A stretch of 64,000 nt of DNA from Hypanus sabinus (Eukaryota), in assembly GCF_030144855.1 (NCBI RefSeq), contig NC_082729.1, positions 17,422,001 through 17,486,000 on the forward strand, read 5' to 3'. Within the stretch, counting starts at the first letter, position 1, and every line of letters starts with the position of its first letter. The notes under the pieces were generated by a model. The model was given only the letters and a program-made list of their open reading frames with translations. It made no database searches and was not told the DNA's origin. A program made the position numbers and the translations under genes. Shown here piece by piece: positions 25,195 to 38,586 of this stretch.

Positions 25195-26290
25195 AAGATG
25201 CTTATGTGAGAATGCTGTTCTTGGATGACAGTTCAGCATTCAATACCATCGAGGCTCGACAGGAAGCTCAGAGAGCCCGGCCTTGACCCTGTCTTGTGCA
25301 GCTGTATCCTGGACTGCCTGTCAGATCGCCAGGGGTTGTAAGAGTGGGCCCCCTCACCTTCACCACTCTAACTCTCAATACAGGAGCCCATTGGGGGCTG
25401 CGTACTGTCCCTTCATTTACTCCCTGTATACCATTGACTGTGTAGCCACCCACAGCTCTAATGTTCTAATTAAATATGTCGATGACACTACATTGATTGG
25501 CCTAATCTCAAATGATAAAGTGGTGGCCTACAGGGAAGAAGTCATTTCTCTGACAAACTGGTGTGAAGAAAACAACCTCTCCCTCATGTCACAAAAACAA
25601 AGGAGCTGGTTGTGGATTACAGGAGGAATGGAGATGGGTTAACCCCTGTTAAGATCAATGTATCTGGGGTTGTGAGGGTAAACAGCTTCAAGTTCTTCAG
25701 CATCCACATCACCAAGAACCTGACGTGATCTATACTTACCAGCTGTGTGATGAAAAGGGCAGGAACAGCACCTTTTTCACCTCAGACGGGAGAGGAAGTT
25801 TGGTATGGGCTCACAAATCCCAATAACTTTCTACAGGGGCACAATTGAGAGCATCCTGACCGGCTGCATCACTGCCTGGTATGGGAACTCTACCTCCCTT
25901 TATCGCAGGTCTCTGCACAGAGTTGTGCGGATAGTCCACTGTATCTGCAGTTGTGAACGTTCCATGACTCAGGACATTTACAAGGACAGGTGTGTAAAAA
26001 GGGCCCATAAGATCATCGGGGACCCAAGCCATCCCAACCACAATCTATTCCAGCTGCTACCATCCGGGAAGCAGATCTGCAGCATAAAAGCCAGGACCAA
26101 CAGGTTCCGGGACACTTCTTCCAACAGACTGATGAATTCCTGCTGATTTGTGTGTACTCTATATTAATTGACTGTTCTATTTATTATAAATTACTGTGAT
26201 TCCACATTGCACATTTAGATGGAAATGTAAGATAAAGATTTTCACTCCTCATGTATATGAAGGACATAAAAAATAAAGCGAATTTAATTC
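25195..26290 (+). mobile_element. Rex1/Babar-like LINE 3' half
   Basis: YSLYTIDCVATHSSNVLIKYVDDTTLIGLIS; FYRGTIESILTGCITAWYG; HPNHNLFQLLPSG. Confidence 0.85.
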
Positions 26291-27290
26291 AATCTCCCCT
26301 CTTTAGCAGGGATCAGTGCTGGGTCAGTGTCTGTTTGTCATCTACGTCAATGATCTGGATGATAATACTGTACCACGGATCAACAAATTTGTGAATTGGC
26401 ACTAAGATTGGTGATGTAATAGACAACGAGGAAGCTATTAAAGCTTGCAGTGGGAGTTATTCAGTAAGGTGGTGTCACAGGTGAGCCCATAGAGAGAGGT
26501 CTAGACACATTGGCCTTCATAAATCAAAACATTGAGCACAGAAGTTGGGATGTTATGTTGTATAACACATTGGTAAGGCCTAATGTAGAGTACTGCGTGC
26601 AGTTCTGGTCACCTAACTACATCTGCCCAGAAAACACTTGAGGCTCTTACAAAGAGAGGTGGGAATGTAAGTAGTGAAGATGAGGTAATGAGGGGAGATT
26701 GTGGGAATAAATGCTTTTCTGCAAGTTAAATATGCAATTAAGCATGTTCTCTAAATGTTCACAGACAAGAAAATATTATCTGAAGAGGCTGAAAGACCAA
26801 AAACTTTCACAGTTGCTACCCGAGCAGTGTTTTACCTGAATTTCAGGACTTCGGTCTCTGCAATTGTTCTTTTTCCAGAACATCATTGATTAATTTTCGG
26901 AGAAATGAGTACAAATCTGAAGAGTTTTTTTATATCAGTTATTCGGGACATTCGGTAATATAGTCATTTAATATGGAACCGGAGTAAAAATAAAATTGAC
27001 CCTAATCATCTCTCCGGGGAACATCCATACACACAGCAGAAAGCATCCTCAGCTCCGGAAGCGATTCACTAAACCACCTCAGTTTGTTTAGAAAAGAAAA
27101 TAACGTGTAGAAGATAAATATGATTTTCGTGTTTCTGTAAAAAGAACTTCCTCAGAAATTGTTCGCAGTGACAGGGAAGCCCGAGTCCTTTCCTCAGCAG
27201 TCATGGTATCCGCAGAACAGCCCCTTCACAGACACTGTGAATGGCTCTGAAAAGAGCTTTTAGGTAAGCTGGGTTTCATATTCTGTCTGC

Positions 27291-27600
27291 ACACTTACTA
27301 GCTCGGCCGGTTTTCTTGGGCAACAACACGGCCTGGATATAGGGTAACGCTCTGCCCTGGGCATTCGCCATCCTTCCCAGCAGCTTGCTTAGCTCCTTGT
27401 CTTTGTGGTCTGCGTTCACGTAGCTAGCCAGCTCAAGAATTTCAGCCGACACTGGAGCGCAGCAGCCAGAAAGATCAAGGATCCGACACTCACCCGCTCA
27501 GCATAGTTGTCCTTTCTCAAGAGCCTATAAGCACTACCCAATGGGAACAGCAGTGCAGCCGAGAACGAGCTTTCCCGCCGGTTTTTCTTTGTCCATTCAC
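27291..27600 (-). pseudogene. H2A: H2A pseudogene with stem-loop remnant at 27243-27258
   Basis: [15 protein letters not shown]...AEILELA...DKELSKLLG...[12 protein letters not shown] with deletions. Confidence 0.9.
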
Positions 27601-28186
27601 TTCAAAAAAAAATCAGCTCAGCAACACAGAGAATGAGGAAATGCTTCCGGCCCTCGGCCTTCTTGTATTTCCTGTGGGGATGCACTGAAGCATTTTAGGA
27701 TTGGTGCAACAACGCTTAAATACATTGGAGAGAGAATATAAACCAATGAGAGAGCCAACTTATTTACCAATCAAAAATCAAAAACTTCTTACCCGCCGAA
27801 AATTAGCTGAAACTGGAAAACAGCCCGCCAAAAATTCTTAGTTCAAACCTAATCTAAAATCAAATTATTGAAGATCTGTTTGTGAAATAATTCTGCGCAT
27901 TAACCAATTACTGAAGTCCGCCATCATTTAATGTTTTGAGTGTCGCTGAAATTGAAGCTGCGTCTGGGGTTTTCATTTAACGATATTCCTACTCTGAATA
28001 AAATTCGATTCTCAGTTACTGTCCCCGGTCAGACATTGTGTGAACTGCATCATGTTACGAACGAGTAGCTCTTCTCAAACTACGGCTGGAGCTCAGACAA
28101 ATTATTGGTGAAAATACCGTCTGGCATTGAAATTTAATTGACATAATACGACGAAACAATGTAGCTCTGTTAATGAAAGATTGAGT

Positions 28187-28202
28187 GGCTCTTAAAAGAG
28201 CC
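28187..28202 (-). terminator. Histone 3' stem-loop
   Basis: Minus GGCTCTTTTAAGAGCC. Confidence 0.95.
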
Positions 28203-28219
28203 TTTGGGTTTTCGGTTTG

Positions 28220-28350
28220 NNNNNNNNNNNNNNNNNNNNNNNNNNNNNNNNNNNNNNNNNNNNNNNNNNNNNNNNNNNNNNNNNNNNNNNNNNNNNNNNN
28301 NNNNNNNNNNNNNNNNNNNNNNNNNNNNNNNNNNNNNNNNNNNNNNNNNN
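28220..28350. other. 131-N block over the H2B 3' end
   Basis: Same length and homologous boundaries as 14130-14260. Confidence 0.95.
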
Positions 28351-28606
28351 TCGATCGCTTGTTGTAATGGGCTAGGCGGGAAGCCTCGCCGGCGATGCGC
28401 TCGAAAATATCGCTCACGAACGAGTTCATGATGCTCATGGCCTTGGAGGAGATGCCGGTGTCGGGATGAACCTGCTTCATCACTTTGTAGATGTAAATGC
28501 CGTAACTCTCCTTCCTCACCCTCCTGCGCTTCTTGCCGGACTTGCCTGATGGCTTCGGCAGAGCTTTCTTAGCGCCTTTCTTAGGAGCAGGCTTCTGATC
28601 GGGCAT
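28235..28606 (-). CDS. H2B: Histone H2B (3' third hidden by Ns; stop inferred by homology)
   Basis: [14 protein letters not shown]...YNKRS; ATG at 28606; TATA, octamer and CCAAT upstream. Confidence 0.85.
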
Positions 28607-30092
28607 TTCTGCTGTCTTGGTCAGACTCAACTAAGAGAACAGCGTACGGAGCGGCACTTAAATAGGAAATGCTGACGGTGGTATGCTAATAAAGGAATGG
28701 GGTTTCCGAGCATATTCATTGGCTGCTTGGAGAAGCGAATTAACCATCGACACTCGCTCCACCAATCAGAAGCCTCTCCCCGTCTGCGGGACGGGAACCT
28801 TGCCAACCTGTGGCATTTCTCGATGCCGTTTATTGCGGCAGAAGGGATAAGAGTGTAGAGCGAGAGTTGTGGCTGACATTAAACAAAGAAAGTGTTAAAT
28901 ACAAATGGACTTGAAATAAACTCACAGATGAAAAAGTGAAAGTAAATTTATTAATAAAGTACATATATGTCACCATCAACAAGCATGAATCAATTTCTTG
29001 CGGGCATACCCCATACATGGGTAACACAATACTAGGTTTCATAGAATAAATGGTTGACCGTATTCAATGTGGGTATTCCACCAGTGTGCAAATGACGCAA
29101 CTTGTGCCAATAAAAAGGAAAGAGAATATTAATTATTAAGCAATACGCATTGAGAATATGAGTTGAAGGGTCACTGAAAGTGAGATCATGCTGTGTTAAC
29201 GTTTCAATTAGGATGTGAATTTATCCCCTTTGGTTCAAGAGCCTGATGTTTGAGGAACAATAAGCATTTTAGAAACCAATGGTGTGAGTCCTGAGGCTCA
29301 TTTACCATTGTTCTGATAGCACAGTGAGAAGACAGCATGTCCTGGGTGGTGAGGGTCCCTGATGATGGAGCCACTTTCAAGGAGCTATGATCTTGGATCT
29401 CAAGAAGATATCCATGCTTAGCAACATTTTTGAGCACCTGTACAGTAAGTTGCTTATTTCATGGCCAAGGGCAGCAGATCAATGGAGAAAATTCAGTTAT
29501 CAGTAGGGCAACTGGACTTGTGCAAGTTTCCAGAAGGCTAACTTGAAAGGTATGTCAGTGGTACGGAAGGGAAATTAAAACTTTGTATCTATTTCAAGAT
29601 GCTTAAAATATAAATGCAAGGAAATAATATTGAGGCATAATAAAGCATTTGTCATTCAGCTTGGAGTACCGTGAGCAGTTTTGAACCCGTTATCTAGGAA
29701 AAGATGTGCTGGCATTGGAGAGTGTCCAGAGGAGCTTCACTAAATTTATTATGGGAATGAAAATGTTAATGTTTGAGGAGAGTTTATTGGTCCTGGCCCT
29801 GTACAGGAGAACTTACCAATAGTTTTAACCTCTCACTTCAGCAGTCTGAGGTGCCCACCTGCCACAACCAGGCTTCAATTATACTGATGCCCAAGAAGAA
29901 TGTCGTAATATGTCTCATTGCTTTTCATCCAGTAGCATTTACATCCACTATGATGAAGTGCTTTGAGAGGTTGATAATGAAGCACACCAACTCTTGCTTG
30001 ATAAGCGACTTGGATTTGTTCCATTTTGCCTGTGGCACAATAGATCTACACTAATGGTATTTTATTGACTCACTACTTAACCCTGGAACATC

Positions 30093-30770
30093 AACATAGA
30101 ACATAAAACAGTGCAGCACTGGAACAGGCTATTTGACCCACAATATTGTTTTGAACCAGCTAAAAAGCAAATCAAAAACACCCAAACACTAATCCCTCCT
30201 ACATACAACACATCCATCTCCCTCCATCTTCCTTATGTCCATGTGCCTATCCAAGCATCTCTTAACGTCCCCAAATGTATTTGCCTCTACCACCATACCA
30301 AGGATTGCATCCCAGACATCGACAATTTTTCAGTAAAAAACTTCCCCCCTCTCAGCTTCAATGCTTCAATGCTGGGAAACAGATACTCTCTGTCCATTCC
30401 ATCTATGCCTCTCGTAAACTTGTAAAACTCTATCAGACCTTCCTTCAGCCTATGGCGATCCAGAGAAAGTAAACTGTTTATTTGGTCTCTTATGATAGGC
30501 ATGCCCTCTAAACCAGGCAGTGTCCTGATAAACCTGTTCTGTACCCTCTCCAAAGCCTCAACGTCCTCCCTGTAGAAGGACGAGCAGAACTGTATGAATC
30601 ACTCCAGGTGCAGCCTAACTATGGTTTTATAATGTTGCAATGTAACCTCCTGACTTTTGAATGCAATGCCTTCTATAATAAAAGCAAATATTCTATAAGC
30701 CTTCTTACATACCATTTTGTATAGCCACTTTCAAGGAGCTAGGAACTTTGATCCAAAGATCTCTGTATTC
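30093..30770 (-). mobile_element. CR1 LINE 3' fragment
   Basis: ERVQNRFIRTLPGLEGM...GLIEFYKFTRGIDG. Confidence 0.8.
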
Positions 30771-31261
30771 GTGAGACTCAGTACTTTAGAAGCAGTGAAA
30801 CTGTCTCATAACATTGAAAAGAGCTGGGAATGAGGACATTAGCTACCAATAGGTTTTCCTCAGTCAAGAAATTTGCGGGACAAAGAACATGTCAGACATA
30901 ACTGCAGTCTGCTTGTAGTCTTCTTCAGTCTTTAGAAAGTCATGCAGGAAATACAAGGGAAACATTTATCAGGAACCCATCACCACAGGGAGAGCGAGAG
31001 GTGAACAGCAGGGATGGTTTTAAAAAGGACTGTTGGGAAACGGAAACACTGACAGGGACCAGCTGGGCTGAGATGATTCTCTCCTGTATACTGGGTGTGT
31101 TGTAGATTCACTAAATGCATTAGAGAGGGTTTAAAATATCACTGATATATTAGGCACAGATCCAGAATAAGAAAATCCAGTCCCATTAAACATTGACGGA
31201 AGAATTTCCTCCCATGCCAGAGTGCAGCAACTGCGATGGTTCACTATCAAGCTTGCCACCT

Positions 31262-32272
31262 ACTTAAAGTTTTCCTTAGTGTGAACTCAGCAGTGTGTCA
31301 CAAAGTGGGATCAGTGAGAGTATTCCCACATTAAAAGGAGGTGAATGGTTTGTTCCTAGTGTAAACTCACTGGTGTATCTCCAGTTCAAATGACAGGGTG
31401 AATCCCTTTGCACAGTCTCAACAGGTGAAAGGCCTCTGCCCAGAGTGAACTGACTGGTACGTATGTAGACTGGATGACTGAGTGAATCCCTTCCCACACA
31501 TAGAACAGGTGAATGGTCTCTCCCCAGTGTGAACTCGCTGGTGTCTGGATAATGTGTAATGGTGGATAATTGTGTGAATCCCTTCCCACAATTGGAGCAG
31601 ATGAAAGGCTTCTCTCTAGTGTGAACTAACTCATGTGCCCATAGTTGAGATGACTGAGTGAATCTCTTCCCACAGTCTGAGCAGGCAAATGGCCTCTCCC
31701 CAGTGTGAACTTGTTGGTGTCTGTGTGGGTTGATTAACTGAGTGAACCCTTTCCCACATTCTGAGCAGGAGAATGGTCTCTCCCCAGTGTGAACATGCTG
31801 GTGTGCCAGTAAGTCAGATGAATAGTTGAATGCCTTCTCATAGTCTGAGCAGGTAAACGGCTTCTTCCCAGTGTGAATTCGTTGATGTACCTTCAGTTGA
31901 GATGACCGAGTAAATCCCTTCTCACAATCTGGAATGGTGAAAGGGTTCTTCCCAGTGTGAACTCGCTGGGGTCTCTGCAGATGGCAGGAGCATGTAAGTC
32001 CTTTCGCACAGTTCTGTATTAATTCTCTGGCATCAAGTCGGATGTCAGACGAAGTGAATCCCTCACAGAGTCAATGCACTTGAAGGATGGATCTCTGGTG
32101 AACAAATGCTGATGTGATCTCAGCTCCCTGGCTCCAGACGATTTCACTGAATTACAACAGAAAACTTCATTTCAGATACAAAGAACATTCCCAACTGGGA
32201 TGAAATAACTTGTCATCTCCAAGGATCAATAACAAATAATCCAAAGGAAATATCTGGTCACTTCATAATTAT
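31262..32272 (-). pseudogene. Tandem C2H2 zinc-finger gene exon, decayed (~9 fingers)
   Basis: 84-bp periodic HTGE(K/R)PF linkers (gtgtgaac) at ~31279, 31359, 31443, 31527, 31619, 31703, 31787, 31871 and 31955; frameshifts and lost Cys/His; polypyrimidine splice acceptor at 32273-32296. Confidence 0.88.
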
Positions 32273-33059
32273 CTGGACAGAAACAGCAAAACAGACGTGT
32301 TGTTGTGTTTGCAAGTCCCCAGTCGCTACCAATCTAAAAAGAGACATCAATGTGTGAAGTATGATATTTTAAATGAGATAATTTTAGTCTCTAGGTTGAG
32401 CTCTCAGCTCACCCATTACAGCAAGTGATCTTGGAGACTTTCTAATTACTGACACCACTCAACCCCCTCCCCACTACTCCCATTTCCCCCACCCCTCCCC
32501 CCCCTGCCTCACCCAACCCTCCCCCCACCCCCGGTGATTTTTGGTGATCATCTGAACAATGGTAACACCAATGAATAAGCAGGAGAGGGCAGTATGAATT
32601 CTCATTGGAGTGCGGCACTTTTGTGATGTGGAAGTAACATGTCTCTTATTACCCAGGACAAAGGCGTTTGATATCATTATATACCTAGAGAGAATGGGAG
32701 AAAACAGGTTCTCACAATAGAACAGTCTAGTAAAAGAGGAACTCGAACAAATGTGATTTTCTTAAGAATTAAATCCGATGGAAGGATGTTGTTCTTTTTT
32801 TCCTCGCAATCCTAAGAGACATTTTCATTGACAGGAATATACTCTTCATCCGAGATTAACCCACTATATTTTCGTCCAGAGTTCCTCAACCTTGGCTTTA
32901 GATGGGTAGAGCACGGCATTGTTTGGGAGATTTATCTGTGCTCATTCACTTCGTCTGTGCCTCCAAACATTCCCACCGGACTGGTAGCAAAGACAGCGAA
33001 AGATTCCCCCATGGCCGCTTCTGTACCCAGCCATCCCGACGAACGAGAGACCGATCACA

Positions 33060-33300
33060 GTCCCAGCGGCATGCGCTGCAAAAATAGCGCCAGTATTTCC
33101 GCCCCTCAACAGAAAGCTTCCAAGGGCTTGGGTCCGGATCGTGGGACTGAGAAAGATGGAAACAACCGAGACCTTCTCGAGGTGCCACGGTGTCCGGACT
33201 GACACCAGTACTGATTAACTCCAGAGACACATTCCTACCTGCTGCCGATCCTCCCGAGACATTTATCCTCTGAGCGCATGCGCGATATTGGGACCGCTCT
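33060..33300 (-). promoter_or_regulatory. CpG-rich promoter/first exon, probably of the ZNF gene; NRF1 site
   Basis: GCGCATGCGC at 33274-33283; donor CAG|GTAGGA at 33238. Confidence 0.5.
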
Positions 33301-34299
33301 GTGACACCTTCGCCTATGCATCAGATCTAAGTTACATAGAAATATTGATGAGGTCAGGACTTGATTCCTGGGAACGTAGAAGATTGAAGCGACGTTTGTT
33401 AGAGACATAAACAATGATGAGAGGTATAGATAGGGTAAATGACAGCGGGCTTTTCCACTGGTGGAATGTCATGGGTTCAGAGTGAAAGATGAAGTAGTTA
33501 ACGGGAACCTGAGGAGCCTATGACAAGACGTGTGGGATAATGGGCATAAGGAGAGACACTTTTACAGAATGCATAAAACTGTTGAGTTGGTTGATGGGAG
33601 AAGAGGGTACAACAAGAAGACTCGATTTAGAATTGGGCATACTATTCTTAATTATTTCTATCTTGTTTGAAAACTTTGCTCTGGGCGGATGGTTTTGTCA
33701 TGGAATAGTTGAACAGATTCTTTAAAATAGCTGAAAGAAATCAAATGCATATTTCACTCAACCATTATTCTTCGGAGTCTAATAGTTTTCATTTAAAATT
33801 TTACTAAGTCGTGGAAGTGACTTGAATTCATTAAATTTCTTTCTTTATTTGCAATGTATTTGGGGCTTTGGGGGTAATATAGTTTTCATCTGATAAAGAA
33901 CTAGTAGGGGTATTATTTCACAATTCCCTAAACCACACTCCAGTCCAGTCAGTAGTGGTAATGCTCCTTTAAGTTAGACTGCCAACCCCCATTAAATGTC
34001 CGAAGAAGAACCTCTTCACTCACAGGGTGGTGAGAAAGTAGAACAAGCTGCAGTAGAGGTGTGGATGTGAGCTCAGTTAGAACGTTTGAGAAAAGTTTGG
34101 ATAGGTACATGGATGGTAGGGATTTGAAAGGCTTTAGTACAGGTGCAAGTCAATGGGACTAGGCATTTTAAATGGTTTCTCATGGACTAGATGAGTCTGT
34201 TCCTGTACTCTATTTTTCTTTGACTCTATAACTCAAACAGGCATTCCATGTGTCAAACGTTAAAGTCCGATCCATTTTCAAATGCAGATTTAAATGACA

Positions 34300-34810
34300 A
34301 GAGATTCTGGACGTGCTGGAACTATAGAGCAACACAGACAAAGTGCTGGTGGAATTCAACAGGTCAGCCCACACCTAGGGAATGAACAGTCTACGTATTC
34401 TCGGCCCAAAATATTTTCTGTTTATTCCTTTCCATAGATGCTGCCTGACCTGCTGAGATCCTCCAGCGTTTTTGCAGAATTGGGAGCACCGGACACAGGA
34501 TATGACCCCAACAGATTCACAGGTGAAGTTTTGCCTCCCCTGGAAGGACTGTTTGGGGCCCTGAATGGCGATGAGGGTGGAGGTGTAGGGGAAGGTGCAG
34601 CACTTGGTTAGCTTGCAAGGCAGAGAGATGAATGGACAAGGGACCCAGTGTGGGCTCCTGTATGTCAGTGAGATCTGTTGTAGATTAGGAGATTGCTTCG
34701 TCGAGCTCCTGCGTGTCTGCTAGAGGAAGTGGGATCTCCCAGTGGCTACCCATTTTAATTCACTTCCCATTCTCATTCAGATTTGTCAATCCAGTGTCTC
34801 GACTGCCGCG
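34300..34810. mobile_element. Penelope-like fragments (palindromic pLTR and GIY-YIG remnant)
   Basis: Plus strand ~34650-34715 reads CGLLYVSEICCRLGDCFVELLR, resembling CGLLYIGET..RLGDRF.EHLR; inverted repeats 34335-34470. Confidence 0.6.
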
Positions 34811-36269
34811 ATAAGCTTTTTGTGCGTACCCTCTAATCCAGGCAACATCCTGGGAAACCCCTTCTGCACCCTCTCCGAAGTCTAATGATGGTGCAGATAT
34901 TTCTACCTGGATCTCTTCAATTCTTCCTAAGTCTCCCATAATTTCCGAGGATACATCTGATTAGGCTGTGGTGGTTCATGCGTATTAATATACCTGAACA
35001 CTGCAAGCGGCTTTTCATTTGTAATGCAGGTATGTCCCACAACTTTTTATTCATTTCCCTTAATTCCTTCATTTCCATGACTTTGCTCACAGTAAATACA
35101 GTTCAGAAATATTCATATAAGACCTTGTCCATATCCTGTGAGTCCACACATGGACAACTACCTTGATCCTTAAGGGGACCTATTCTTTCTCTACATACAC
35201 TTTTGCTGTCAGTATATACAGTTTATACACAAGACTCACAATATACATGATCTCCCTCTGAGTTGTATTCTTACACATCTTACCCTGTTCATGGATTTCA
35301 CTTGATACCAGTTGCAGATAACTGACATCTGCCTCCTCCATTTCTCTAAGCACTGCACATGTATCCCCCATTACTGAGTGCTTCTAAACATTGGCACTTT
35401 GTCTTTCACTCTAACAGGAAAATGCTGAGCCTGAACACCTAGGTGGAAAAAATCCTCCACTTGACAGTCATCGCTTCACTTGGAAACAGCCTCTCGCAAT
35501 CAACCTGTTCCCGTTTTTGTTTTAGATATCTGACAGTTGCAGCTCATTTGAATTTCATGTGTTTCTACAACTGGTTGTAGTAAACATCTGTACCTTTATA
35601 GTATGATGCCAATGATGTTTATCAGCTATCAGTGTTATATTTTGTTAAATTTATGTACTTTTATTAGAAAGCTGCATGTTGTAATAGTCTATGACCGGTG
35701 CTGTGCTCTGGCAGCTCACGATGTTTGGAATAGTGTCAGTGTTTTTTTTATAGAATCTGAATTATTATCAATAGCATCACTTGCAGCAGAAGTACAATGC
35801 AATACATGATAGATATATTTTGAAAAGAAGAAATTAAAATAAGTAGTGCAAAAACAGAAACAAAAAAAGTAGTGAGATACTGTTCACAGGTACAATGTCC
35901 ATTTAGAAATCACATTGCAGAGTGGAAGAAGCTGTTCTTGAATTGCTGAATGTGTGTTTTCAGGCTCCAGTACCTCCTTCGTGATGATAATAGTAAGAAA
36001 AGGACATGTCCGGGGTGGAGTGTCCTAATGATGGATGATGCCTTTATGAGGCACCACTCCTTGAAGATGTCTTGGATACTACAGAGGGTAGTACTGATGA
36101 TAAAACTGTTAATTTTATCTCAATGTTCTGCAGCTTATTTCAATTCTGTGCAGTAGTCCCCACTCCCACCTCCACATTCCAGCTCCATTCCTGCCCTCCC
36201 TAGAAGTAAGTGCCATTTAATTTTGTGGCTGTAGTTACCATCTATAGCCTACCCACCATCAAAGACAGG

Positions 36270-36850
36270 TTCCTAAGGTTGACATAGCTGGGATGGTAGT
36301 GGGGATAAGCCCCCACTACCTACAAAGTGCTCCAAATGGTGTGTGACTCTTATAGCCTCTGACAACAAAGTCCAACTCTTGGCCGTCACATGTGGCTTAG
36401 CTACGAGGCACGCACAACTGTTTCTGCTGACGAGGAGGGGCAAAGGTGGACCACTGGTGCCTCAAAACCAGTTGCTTCGGGCAGGTGGAGCTCATTGTCT
36501 TGGACAGCAGTCTAGGAAAACTCTGATGTTAAACCTCTGCTGCCTTGCCGTCATAAACACCAGTGGGAAAGGCTCCAGGAGTAAACCCTGAGGAAGAAAA
36601 CCAGAGGTGTGGTCCCTAAGCCAGTTTGATGTTGTCTACAACTTCACTTTGATAACGTTTGTGATGACACTGTTGCCAAGCTGCATCGTCGCTTGCCCTT
36701 CCTTTGGACTGCATCAGTGACGCGGAGAGAGGGAACTTGCTGCCTGGGCAACAGCCAGCCCTTCAAATCATCACACACAGGCTTCTGCCCTGGAGAGAAC
36801 ACAGTCCACCAGAGGTGCAAACCCGTGATCCCCTGGGGTCAACAGCTATC
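36270..36850 (+). mobile_element. RTE-like element 5' region / internally deleted derivative
   Basis: Structured 5' end with 10-bp hairpin and HDV-like fold; family call from resemblance to vertebrate RTE 5' UTRs. Confidence 0.45.
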
Positions 36851-37194
36851 AAAGGCATATAGCAGAAAGATACCAAAAGAAAGCCAGCAATATCATGAAG
36901 GATCCTTAATCTGCGTATGGACTGTTTGTCCGACTCCAATCAGAGAAGAGGCAACACAGCATCAGCACTAAACTCAGTAATAGTTGCTTCTCTTAAGCTT
37001 CCAGGGTGATCAACACAGCCACCCATTTACCTCTCCACTACCATTACATCCACCTCACCATTAACCCCTTCACTACCAGTACAGTTTTGCTTAGTTTCGA
37101 TTTCCTTCCCCAGATACCGCTTTTGCATGGAAATATCTCCCTATGAAGAACCTATTTTGTTAGAAAGCTTCATTAAGTGATTTACGATAGGTCT

Positions 37195-37490
37195 CAACGG
37201 CTCCTCTGATTGGCAGCTTGCTCCGCCCCTCTTTTGGCTCCAATCACGCGAGGCACTGCGTTTGCCGAACAATTTGTGAGCCGACATCACAAAGCGATCG
37301 GAGTCCTGCCGCCATCCCCCAGCAACCGGCCAGTGAGGGGGCAAGTCCCGGTACCGGAAGCAGAGCTGTTGAGGATCGGACTATATTATGAGTTGTATGG
37401 AGCAATGCGAGTGGCATGTTTCTAGGAAACGGGAAAATCAGCGACAGATTGAGGATTGTCGTGGTTTAACGTTCGGTCACGTAGGTAAGT
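37195..37490 (+). promoter_or_regulatory. Orphan CpG-rich promoter and putative first exon
   Basis: ATTGG 37209, GC box CTCCGCCCC 37221, CCAAT 37240, ETS-like CCGGAAG 37354, donor AG|GTAAGT at 37485. Confidence 0.5.
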
Positions 37491-37644
37491 AGACAGGATT
37501 TAAATAAAAAAGGAAACGAGACATTTTGCCAGCTGTTTCAAAGCACATGTGACAATTAACGATAATCGTTAAAAAAAGGAAGAGGAGGGTAGAAAACAGG
37601 ATTTAAATGAAGTAGGAAGGAAGAGTTTAAAAACACACAAGAAG

Positions 37645-37830
37645 TTCTACAAATGCTGGAAGTCAAAGCAACACACACAAAATGCTGGAGGAACTCGGCA
37701 GGTCAGGTAGCATCTATAGAAAGGAATAAACAGTCGACATTTCGCGCCCTTCATCAGGACTGGAAAGGAATAGGGAATATGCCAGAATAAAAAGGTGGGA
37801 AGGAAGAGAATCTAGAAGCAGATTCGGGAG
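37645..37830 (-). mobile_element. Penelope-like pLTR fragment with hammerhead motif (37731-37762)
   Basis: Minus CAGTC-CTGATGA-AGGGCGC-GAAAT-GTC-GACTG. Confidence 0.6.
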
Positions 37831-38369
37831 AGGGTATCTAGAGAGAAACTGAAAGAGATATTGTGGGTGCAAAACCTTTAAGGGACGAGGCGGTATTAGT
37901 GTTCTTTAAAGATAGGTTTCAATAGGTACATTTAATGTCAGAGAAATTCATACAATATACATCCTGAAATTCTTTTTCTTTGCAAACATCAACAAAAACA
38001 GAAGAGCGCCCCAAAGTATGAATGACAGTTAAACGTTTGGAACCAATGTGCGAAAGCTTTGCAGTTAAAAGCTGTGGTAAGAAACAAAGTAACACCAAGT
38101 AAGTTTATGGAATGACAGTGGGAAGTAATCACAGAAATGTCTCTAGATAAAAATAATTTATTTTGGGGAAAAGTTGTGGATGCCAAATGTGTTTCAAGGT
38201 AGAGTTAGAATAGACCGCTCAACGGTGTTGATTAAATTTGATGGAACAAAGTTGTCTGATAATATTAATTAAGGTAATATGGGTTATATGTTTCAATTAT
38301 ATCAGTTATGAGGTGTTTTCATCGCCAGAAGTTTGGCAGCTGTTTGTAAGGGTAAAATGTGATGTGATT

Positions 38370-38586
38370 CCTATCTAATCACGGGACAAGTAATATTGAC
38401 CAATTAACCTACCATGCAGTATGTCTTTGGACTGTGGGTAAAAACTGGAGCACCTGGAGGAAACCCACACAGTCATGGGGGGGGCGGGGGGTGGAAGAGA
38501 ACGCATAAATTCCTTACAGACAGCGTTGAGAATTGCACCCTAGTCACCTTTACTGTAAAGCATTGTGCTAGTCATGACACTACCCC
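38370..38586 (-). mobile_element. V-SINE (HE1-like) fragment
   Basis: tgtctttggactgtggg...ggagcacctggaggaaacccacacagtcatgggg...agaac: V-domain in reverse. Confidence 0.7.

Noticed and set aside
32828-33230. Overlapping ORFs in a GC-rich patch
   Set aside because: No recognisable domain; better explained as a CpG island/first intron of the ZNF locus
36370-36445. Twister ribozyme
   Set aside because: Lacks the UAA...GCC...GUCCCAAGCCC core; an HDV-like fold fits better
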